Below are positions 1-6,718 of a stretch of 36,566 bases of DNA, piece by piece. Origin of the DNA: Gemmatimonadota bacterium. Its GTDB lineage: Bacteria; Gemmatimonadota; Gemmatimonadetes; Palauibacterales; Palauibacteraceae. The notes under the pieces are model-generated. The model was not told the DNA's origin and searched no databases. It saw only the letters and a list, made by a program, of their open reading frames with translations. Every line of letters begins with the position of its first letter. Position 1 is the first letter of the stretch. The translations under genes were made by a program, and so were the position numbers. The stretch lies in assembly GCA_039585935.1 (NCBI GenBank), contig JBDGUY010000001.1, positions 1-36,566 on the forward strand, written 5' to 3'.

Positions 1-300
1 CCGGGTAACGCCCGGGCGCCGAGAGGCGACGGAAAGTGTCACAGAGATCAGACCGCCGATGGCGGCTTCGGCCGCACAGGCAAGGGTGAAAAGGTGGGGT
101 AAGAGCCCACCGCGCTCGCCGGCGACGGCAGCGGCACGACAAACCCCATCGGGAGCAAGGCCAAACAGGAGCGAGCGGTAGCCCGCCGCGTTCGAGCTCC
201 GGGTAGGCTGCATGAGGCGTCGGGTAACCGGCGTCCCAGATAGATGACCCCGCGGGCTTAACGGCCCGTCACAGGACCCGGCTTAACTCCCTCCGCATCT
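1..300 (+). ncRNA. rnpB: RNase P RNA (bacterial type A), 5' portion cut off by the window edge
   Basis: Collinear match to conserved type-A RNase P blocks: GGGUAACGCCCGGG (3-16), GGGUGAAAAGGUGGGGUAAGAGCCCACCG (84-112), GGGAGCAAGGCCAAACAGG (151-169), GGGUAGGCUGCAUGAGG (201-217), CAGAUAGAUGA (237-247) and the P4 3' strand ACAGGACCCGGCUUA (271-285). The 3' end (~300) is estimated because the P1 partner lies outside the window. Confidence 0.9.
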
Positions 301-348
301 CCATATATATCCAGATCCTTGCGAGGATCGCTCGAGGGTGCGACGAGG

Positions 349-3081
349 TCAGCGGTCGCTGCCGCCTTCCATGGCTGTCGCGTCTGCGGGATCAGCGAGC
401 GCCCGGAACCTTACGGCCTTCGTCTGAACCGGGATCTGGACACGACCGGTCTGGCCCCCGATCAATCGGACCGGCGTCGGGTCCGGAAGCCGTGCCCTCG
501 ATGGCAGACTCTGCAGCATGATCTCGACCGAGTACTGCCCCGGGCGAAGTGAATTGAGCCGCACGGTTCCATCCCGACCGGTTTTCAAGGCCCAGGCGGA
601 TCCCGGTTCGTTCACCAGCGACACTGAGACATCAGACAGCGCGTTCTCTCCCGGATCGCGTATGCCGTCTCCGTCCTCGTCGAGAAAGACTTCGATCTCC
701 AGCGCCGTCGCAGGGACGATGGGAACGCCTATGTGCGGGGCGGTCGGAACCACCGGCGACTCTGGAGGAAGCAGTCCCGATTCGAGAGAGGTGGGGTCGA
801 TAGTAACAGAGGCCCGACCACCCGCGGTGACGAAGCGGAACCGACCGAGCCCGTCCGTCACAGCCTCTTCTACGCCCGACCGCACCAGGACTCCGGCAGC
901 GAGCGGCTCGGTTCCGGTGCGGACTCCATTTCCATCTCTGTCAATGAACACCACGCCACTCAGGGGCGCCGGCTTCTCGATCGGCATCGCGAGATCGAGC
1001 TGCTGGCGGATCCCGATGGAGGCCTTCCAACCGCGAACCGAACCTGGCCCGAATTCCTGCACAGTCTCGGCACCCAGCATCAGAACCGTGCCCCGAAGAG
1101 CTACGACCTCTGCACCGATCTGGAGCAGCGGGTTGCGGTAGGTGAACGACCGACCGAGCGGCAACGCGCCGTTCACGAATATCGAAGCTCGACGGAGAAG
1201 CCTCTGGCTCGCTCCGAACTCGAGTAGTGTCTCGGCCCCGAACATGGGCTCGTACGCATGCCGGAGTCCGCCGCGGATCCAGCCGGCACCACGGTACCAA
1301 TGTGCCCCGACGCGCGCGTACCGGACCGGACTGATCAACCCCTCGCGGCTTACAACGCCCAGTTCCAGAGACCCGTCCAGAAATACATCGCCCATCGGAA
1401 GAGCGAGGTTGGCGACCGCCGTGCTATAGGTCCGGGAATCGAGATTCTTCCAACTGCGAACTCTGCCAAGGAGATCTACGCTCGCTCGACCGCTGAACAG
1501 TCGGCCACCAAATTCCGCGCCCTTGCGCTCCGGCTCGATTTCACTGCCGAGCAGTGGATCTCGCTCGAAGTAGACGCCTCCCAGAACGCCTACCGTCCGG
1601 GAGACTCCCAGTACGCCATTGGCTCTCAACTGGCGACCCGGGAGGCGGCTCTCTTTCCCGATACCGGGGATGGTGCGAGCGCGCAGGTCCAGGGCACTCG
1701 GCCCTTTGCGATATGAGTAGAGAGCCTGGATGGCGGGACCGGTCGCTTCCTCGCCGGATTCAAAGTCCTGAACCCGCATCCAGCCGGCCTCGACAGATGC
1801 CAGGTGAGCCGATCCCCCTGTCCAATCGACGGTAGCCAGCGCGCTCATCACGCGGCTGCCGACATCGGGATCGAACAATCCCCTGCGTTCCACGTCGTCG
1901 ATTCGAAGACCGACGGTCGACCAGGAGAGAGAGCGGTCCAGGCGACCAGAGACGACGTGGCCGTCCGCCTTGGTACCACCAGTCGTCGGCGCCGCTACGA
2001 GGGCATTGACCATCCAGGGGCCCTTGCTCGCCCGCAGATTGCCACCGATTCCCTGCTGAACGTTGCCCGACAGGGCCGATGTGTGGAGCGACAATTCCCC
2101 GAGCGCTGCCTCGAATCCCGGACGCCGGAGAGCCAGGAAATACCTGGGACCGTATGGAGCGCCGCGAAACGCGAAGCTCATCCCCTCTTGCGGCGTGCTG
2201 CGGAAGCCGTATTCGATCTCGGTCTCGGCTGCCACTGCGCCCCGACCCCAGACGGCGATTACTGGATTCGCGACACTGCTCGCATCCGCTCTCTGCCGGA
2301 TCGTGGTTCCCACGAAGACCGATGTGGGAACTCGAACCACGCCTGAGAACAGGCCACCCGGCTCCTGGATGACGGATGAGACATCGGCCGGTATCGCCGT
2401 CTCTCCTTCGACCGTGAGGCGAGCGGTTGCTGCCGTACCGATCGCTGCGTCCGGGAACACCTCCAGTCGCAGGATGCCTTCAGCTGACTGCCCCTGGTCG
2501 AGAACGAATACCGGCGGAGGCTCGTCAGCCGCCAGGTTGGAGTGTGGTACCGCGAGGATGACTGCCGTATCGGTCGCGTTCCCCACGTTCGTGACCCTGA
2601 AATGAACCTTCAGCGTGCGGCCACGGGACGCCCTGCTCGTGGAATCCACCGAGAGCTGGAACTCCTGCAGCCGGCGCACTTCGACTCGAGCATCGACGGT
2701 ATCCTGTCTGCCGGCCGGTCCTTCGAGTACGACACGAGCGATCGTCTGGTCTCCGGCAGTCAGGTCGGAGCGCAGGGCCACGGTTACCGGGATCAGCCGC
2801 TCCTCGCCGGCAGACCAGGAGTACACCCCCGCCGCCGGTCCCATGAGCCGTCCGGCATCGACCTCGAGGATCGTATAGCCAACGGTCAGGCTGTCAGCAG
2901 ATCCGGTGTTCGATAGAGATGCCGGTATCTCGATACCCACGGTGACGATCTCGCCGGCACCTCGTGTGGAAGATTCCTGTGCCCGGGCGATTCCGGAGTG
3001 CATTCCCGACAGAGCCACCAATGCGAAGAATCGGCTCGCCGTGCGGCAAGTCCGATTTCGGCTCCACGCGAGGATATTCAT
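349..3081 (-). CDS. 910-aa secreted/outer-membrane protein with an N-terminal Ig-like (CARDB-like) region, a central beta-barrel-like region and two C-terminal SdrD-B/Cna-B-like repeats; candidate usher-like pore or fibre-associated adhesin
   Basis: Track ORF 349..3252 trimmed to ATG 3081, which forms an ATGA overlap with the upstream stop (3078-3080). The trimmed N-terminus MNILAWSRNRTCRTASRFFALVALSGMHSGIARA-QE looks like a signal peptide. The centre is rich in alternating-hydrophobic strands (AEFGGRLFSG, ASVDLLGRVRSW, VFLDGSLELGVV, ARVGAHWYRG, LLQIGAEVVAL, WKASIGIRQQL). The C-terminus (nt ~352-966) has two repeats with D-x-D-G-x-G motifs (VFIDRDGNGV..GRFRF; VFLDEDGDGIRD..RDGTVRLNSLRPGQYSV). 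That it is coding is confident; the function is inference. Confidence 0.6.
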   Translation of the reverse strand: MNILAWSRNRTCRTASRFFALVALSGMHSGIARAQESSTRGAGEIVTVGIEIPASLSNTGSADSLTVGYTILEVDAGRLMGPAAGVYSWSAGEERLIPVTVALRSDLTAGDQTIARVVLEGPAGRQDTVDARVEVRRLQEFQLSVDSTSRASRGRTLKVHFRVTNVGNATDTAVILAVPHSNLAADEPPPVFVLDQGQSAEGILRLEVFPDAAIGTAATARLTVEGETAIPADVSSVIQEPGGLFSGVVRVPTSVFVGTTIRQRADASSVANPVIAVWGRGAVAAETEIEYGFRSTPQEGMSFAFRGAPYGPRYFLALRRPGFEAALGELSLHTSALSGNVQQGIGGNLRASKGPWMVNALVAAPTTGGTKADGHVVSGRLDRSLSWSTVGLRIDDVERRGLFDPDVGSRVMSALATVDWTGGSAHLASVEAGWMRVQDFESGEEATGPAIQALYSYRKGPSALDLRARTIPGIGKESRLPGRQLRANGVLGVSRTVGVLGGVYFERDPLLGSEIEPERKGAEFGGRLFSGRASVDLLGRVRSWKNLDSRTYSTAVANLALPMGDVFLDGSLELGVVSREGLISPVRYARVGAHWYRGAGWIRGGLRHAYEPMFGAETLLEFGASQRLLRRASIFVNGALPLGRSFTYRNPLLQIGAEVVALRGTVLMLGAETVQEFGPGSVRGWKASIGIRQQLDLAMPIEKPAPLSGVVFIDRDGNGVRTGTEPLAAGVLVRSGVEEAVTDGLGRFRFVTAGGRASVTIDPTSLESGLLPPESPVVPTAPHIGVPIVPATALEIEVFLDEDGDGIRDPGENALSDVSVSLVNEPGSAWALKTGRDGTVRLNSLRPGQYSVEIMLQSLPSRARLPDPTPVRLIGGQTGRVQIPVQTKAVRFRALADPADATAMEGGSDR

Positions 3082-3539
3082 GTTCCCTTGGCCGTGAAGC
3101 GCAGGACGGCATCGTAGCTTCCTGGTGCGTCCCTGTCGGCAAACAGGAGAGCCCGAAAGCGAAGCAGCACGTCCGATCGACCTGCTCCCTGCAGCACCAC
3201 CTGGTTGGCCAGGTCGACCGGCATCCAGCCCCCGGCTCCTTCGACCTGCCACTCGAGGTCGGAGACCGGCTTTCCGTAGCCGCCCATGTCGAGATCATCG
3301 GACGCGAGACACAGTGTCCAGGATTTCTTCTTACCCCTCGGATTGACTCGCACCGTGACGGTTCCGGACATCACCCACCCGACGAAAAAGTCCATTCCGG
3401 TGGGATTGGGAAAGACTACCGGATCAGGAGCGACGTCGACCTTGGACCGATCTGAACCGGAAGCGCACGCCGCCTGGGCGGATACGTCGCCTGCGAGCAT
3501 CAGAAGCAGACAGAGACCGAGTCCCAGCGAGCGGATCAT
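3078..3539 (-). CDS. 153-aa secreted pilin-like beta-rich protein (minor subunit candidate)
   Basis: Signal peptide MIRSLGLGLCLLLMLAGDVSAQA. There are two Cys residues (AACASGS, WTLCLASDD). The C-terminal motif PGSYDAVLRFTAKGT is paralogous to the C-terminus of the 171-aa protein. GAGG lies 7 nt upstream of ATG 3539, and the stop overlaps the next start (ATGA). Confidence 0.6.
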   Translation of the reverse strand: MIRSLGLGLCLLLMLAGDVSAQAACASGSDRSKVDVAPDPVVFPNPTGMDFFVGWVMSGTVTVRVNPRGKKKSWTLCLASDDLDMGGYGKPVSDLEWQVEGAGGWMPVDLANQVVLQGAGRSDVLLRFRALLFADRDAPGSYDAVLRFTAKGT

Positions 3540-3555
3540 TCACTGACCTCGCGCC

Positions 3556-4398
3556 TCAGGGAACGCGGAAGGGAATCTGCGTTCCGGCCAGGTACTCTCC
3601 ACCGAAGTCGAGCATCGGGACGGCGAGGTATTGTCCCGGGGCGAGCTCATCCGGAAGTCGAACCGCCAGCTGGCGCTTCGAACCGGGAAGCACTGTGAAT
3701 GCTCGTACATCACTCGAAGCCACCACCGTTCCACGGAAGTCCCGGACCTCGACGGTCCCGGCGGGCCAGGCGGGCGCCCCTCCCGTGTTCGCGTATTCGA
3801 GTTCTACTGAGCGGGATCCGTCCTCTTCGACGATCGAACCGGCATGGAACTCACCACCAGGCGAAGTCGATTCGCCGATTCCGAACACCTTCACGCCGAT
3901 ACGCTGGTTGATTACCACTCCGGACTCGGAGGTGGCTGGACTCTCGACGAAGATCATGAACCAGCAGGACTCATCCCCGGGGCCACCAGGAATCTCGAAC
4001 CGTACCTGCTGAGACTGACCGGCCTCTACCGACAGGGCATCGGGTGTGATCCGGACATCGTCCCCGCAGCTGCTCGCTTGCGAGCCACTGGGGAAATAGG
4101 TGTGATCGCCCTCCGGCGACTGGTCGAAGTCGACCGACTGCAGCCGGAATTCCAATGACCCGTCACTCTCATTCCGGATCGAGACAAGCCCGACCGAGGT
4201 GCCGCCGTCGACCTCCCGGGGAAGCGTCAGGATCACCGGACTGACCGAGAACTGCGCCTGGCCACTGGCCGGTGCGAAGAAGGCGGCGCAAGCAAACAGG
4301 CCGAACGCGATACGCGTCCGGCCTGCCAGGCTCTTCGAGCTCGCAGCTCGACTCACTGATCGCGCCACTCTACCCCTCATTCTCTTCACCGCGTTCAC
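3556..4398 (-). CDS. 280-aa periplasmic two-Ig-domain protein, PapD-like fimbrial chaperone candidate
   Basis: Signal-like N-terminus (..IAFGLFACAAFFAPASGQA-QF). The mature part begins FSVSPVILTL..SVGLVSIRNESDGSLEFRL. It is followed by ITPDALSVEAGQSQQVRF, ESCWFMIFVE and RIGVKVFG, which resemble by eye the conserved strands of PapD_N-type chaperones. A second beta-rich domain follows (GEFHAG..IPFRVP). The start is either GTG 4398 or ATG 4380. Confidence 0.55.
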   Translation of the reverse strand: MNAVKRMRGRVARSVSRAASSKSLAGRTRIAFGLFACAAFFAPASGQAQFSVSPVILTLPREVDGGTSVGLVSIRNESDGSLEFRLQSVDFDQSPEGDHTYFPSGSQASSCGDDVRITPDALSVEAGQSQQVRFEIPGGPGDESCWFMIFVESPATSESGVVINQRIGVKVFGIGESTSPGGEFHAGSIVEEDGSRSVELEYANTGGAPAWPAGTVEVRDFRGTVVASSDVRAFTVLPGSKRQLAVRLPDELAPGQYLAVPMLDFGGEYLAGTQIPFRVP

Positions 4399-4424
4399 CG
4401 GCCAGCGTGTCGAGAACGGCGCGG

Positions 4425-4940
4425 TCAGTTCGGAACGACCGTGTACGTGAAGCCGAGATCGTACGTGCCGGGCACGTCGAGGGCCTCGTTGAGAAGGATC
4501 TGGTAATTCACCGTGGCGCTCCCCGCACCTGCCGGTTCTGCGGTCACGATGTCAGCGGCGGTCGTCGAAATCGGAACGAACGCCGCTCCATCGACCGAGT
4601 ACTCGAAGTCGGATGCCGGCTTGCTGTAGGTGGATCCGGTCGGTGTGAAGGCAGTCGCGTTGGCCTTGATCTCCACGTCGTGCGCCACGTTACCGAAGTA
4701 CGTCAGGGTGCTGGTCTCGTTGGCGTCGACCACGCCGAGATCGAATTCGGTAGCGGTCGGAGTCGGAAACGTGATGTCGTTGACGTCGATGCTGATGAAT
4801 AGAATCGATCCGATCGTGAGCTGAGCAGACGCCGGAACGGACGCTGACGTTGTTCCGATGCCCGTGGCCTGGGCGTTGGCCGTCCGAGCGGTAGCGCCGA
4901 ACATTGCAACGGCGGCCGCAAGCAATAGCAGCTTCTTCAT
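4425..4940 (-). CDS. 171-aa secreted pilin-like beta-rich protein (major subunit candidate; SCPU/DUF4402-like by eye)
   Basis: Classic signal peptide MKKLLLLAAAVAMFGATARTANA-QA. The mature protein is T/S/A-rich with no Cys. An N-terminal alternating strand (ASAQLTIGSILFISIDV) is present, and the C-terminus reads PGTYDLGFTYTVVPN. It is the first gene of the operon, with a purine-rich GGGGGA upstream of the ATG. Confidence 0.6.
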   Translation of the reverse strand: MKKLLLLAAAVAMFGATARTANAQATGIGTTSASVPASAQLTIGSILFISIDVNDITFPTPTATEFDLGVVDANETSTLTYFGNVAHDVEIKANATAFTPTGSTYSKPASDFEYSVDGAAFVPISTTAADIVTAEPAGAGSATVNYQILLNEALDVPGTYDLGFTYTVVPN

Positions 4941-5382
4941 GTCTGGTATTCCCCCGTATCAGAGTTCGCCCGGTATCCGGGTCATCCCCGGCGGACGGTC
5001 CGCGTCGGCCGTCGTGGGGCCGTGTTCACTGGCGTTGGGGCAAGCGGTGTTCCCATCGCGGTCTGAAGCCGTTCCGGGCGATCTCCGACGAATGCAGTGG
5101 AGGTGCAGTAAGTAGCTGTGTAAAAACGTGTTACGGGGGATGGTGCGAGGTACCGACGAAGGGCGCCCTGATCGCCCGGTGTCGCCCGGACAAGTCGGGT
5201 TCAAGCGGCGACTTCCACAACCATGTGGTGTCTTGCAAGAACATTTTGCAGTACAGGCCCGCAACAGCAGGCCACGGATCAGAACCGCGTGTTGCGGTTG
5301 AGGGATGCCGAATTTGCAGGTATGTTCGGGCTCCCGAATCTTCTTGTCGTGACGTACCGACTCCCCGTTTCCTGGAACGCGT

Positions 5383-6717
5383 GTGACGAGCCACGGATCA
5401 GCCGCCGGCACCCGATTCCCGTTCGAGCAACGAACGCTCGACAACGGGTTGCAGGTAATTGTGCACCCGGACGCCTCGGTGCCGCTCGTCGCCACGCACC
5501 TCATGTATCACGTGGGAAGCAGGAACGAGCCGCCCGGCAGTCGCGGCTTCGCGCACCTGTTCGAGCACCTGCTGTTCCAGGGATCGGAGAACGTTCCTGA
5601 AGGCGAGCACTTCAGCCGGATTCAGTCGGCCGGCGGGACGCTGAACGGCACCACCTGGTTCGATCGAACCAACTATTACGAGACGCTGCCGTCGGGTGAT
5701 CTCGATCTCGCCCTGTGGCTCGAATCGGATCGGATGGGCTTCTTCCTGCCGGCGATCACGCAGGCCAAGCTGGACAACCAGCGCGACGTTGTGAAGAACG
5801 AGCGCCGCCAGTCTTACGAGAACCGTCCCTACGGGCTCGCGGTGGAAACGATGCTCGAACGGGCCTACCCGGAGGGGCACCCCTACCGGCACCCGACGAT
5901 CGGATACATGGCCGATCTCGACGGAGCGTCACTCGACGACGTGAGGCAGTGGTTCGAAAGCTGGTACGGACCGAATAACGCGGTGCTCGTGATCTCGGGA
6001 GCGGTGGAGCCGGATGATGCGTTTCGTCGGGCGGAACGCTGGTTCGGGGAAATCCCGGCGCGACCGACGCCGGACCGGGGCGAAGTGCCGATCGTGCTGA
6101 ACGGCAAACCGGGAGAGGTCGTTGTCCCGGACCGGGTCAGTGTGCCGCGCGTGTACATGATGTTTCATGCGCCCCCGTTCCCGGATCCCGGTTTCGAGCC
6201 GGCGGATGTCCTGTGCTCTCTGCTCGCGGAGGGACGGAGTTCCCGCCTGTATCGGGCCCTGGTGTACGAGCAGCGCGTCGCGGCTGATGTGAGCGCGTTC
6301 GTCTGGCCGTCGGAGTGCGTGGGAATGTTGTGGGTCGTCGCGACGGGACGGCCTGGTGTCGACGCCGAACAACTCGAGTCCGCGGTCACGGAGGTACTCG
6401 ATCAGCTTCGATCGTCGGGCCCCACCGAGATCGAGCTCCAGGGAGCCCGGAACAGGGCCCGGAGACAGCTCGTTCGCCAGCTGGACTCCGTGACGCGCCG
6501 CGCCGATCTGCTCGCGCACGCAGCTGTGCTGCGGGGTGATGCCGGCTACATCAACCAGGTGTTCGAGCGCTACGAGCAGATGCCCCCCGACGAAGTGGCG
6601 CTGTCCGCCCGTACCTTGCTCGATCCGGCCCGACGCTCCGTCGTGCACGTCGTTCCCGATGGCTCGCGCGGCGGAGCCGAAGACGTCGCTGTGGCTGCCG
6701 CCGGAGAGGAGAGTTGA
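5383..6717 (+). CDS. M16 (pitrilysin-family) zinc metallopeptidase, catalytic subunit
   Basis: Inverted zinc motif HxxEH in GFAHLFEHLLFQGS, with typical M16 N- and C-domains; 444 aa. Confidence 0.9.
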   Translation: MTSHGSAAGTRFPFEQRTLDNGLQVIVHPDASVPLVATHLMYHVGSRNEPPGSRGFAHLFEHLLFQGSENVPEGEHFSRIQSAGGTLNGTTWFDRTNYYETLPSGDLDLALWLESDRMGFFLPAITQAKLDNQRDVVKNERRQSYENRPYGLAVETMLERAYPEGHPYRHPTIGYMADLDGASLDDVRQWFESWYGPNNAVLVISGAVEPDDAFRRAERWFGEIPARPTPDRGEVPIVLNGKPGEVVVPDRVSVPRVYMMFHAPPFPDPGFEPADVLCSLLAEGRSSRLYRALVYEQRVAADVSAFVWPSECVGMLWVVATGRPGVDAEQLESAVTEVLDQLRSSGPTEIELQGARNRARRQLVRQLDSVTRRADLLAHAAVLRGDAGYINQVFERYEQMPPDEVALSARTLLDPARRSVVHVVPDGSRGGAEDVAVAAAGEES

Positions 6718-6718
6718 C

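Noticed and set aside
300-351. (AT)4 tract at 303-310 and a 6-bp hairpin GATCCT-tgcg-AGGATC (314-329) between the rnpB 3' end and the convergent operon stop
   Set aside because: It could be a bidirectional terminator. However, the stem is short, has no U-tract, and could easily arise by chance, so it is not reported as a feature.
3082-3252. N-terminal 57-aa extension of the large minus-strand ORF (start at 3252)
   Set aside because: It would overlap the upstream gene by 175 nt and encodes an R/G-rich segment. ATG 3081 gives an ATGA coupling junction and a proper signal peptide.
5190-5215. gggttcaagcgg resembling a tRNA T-arm
   Set aside because: The flanks do not form a T-stem, acceptor stem or anticodon arm, so there is no cloverleaf.
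5228-5322. Repeated TTGCA elements (tcTTGCAag, tttTGCAgt, atTTGCAgg) suggestive of sigma-54 -12 boxes
   Set aside because: No correctly spaced GG (-24) partner is present. The best candidate (GGGAT..TTGCA at ~5302-5318) is one nt off the strict spacing.
4904-5504. ORFs 4904..5386 (+), 4959..5504 (-) and 5131..5394 (-) inside the long intergenic region
   Set aside because: They are Arg/Cys/Pro-rich, with no motifs, no RBS context, and mutual overlaps. The region is treated as non-coding.
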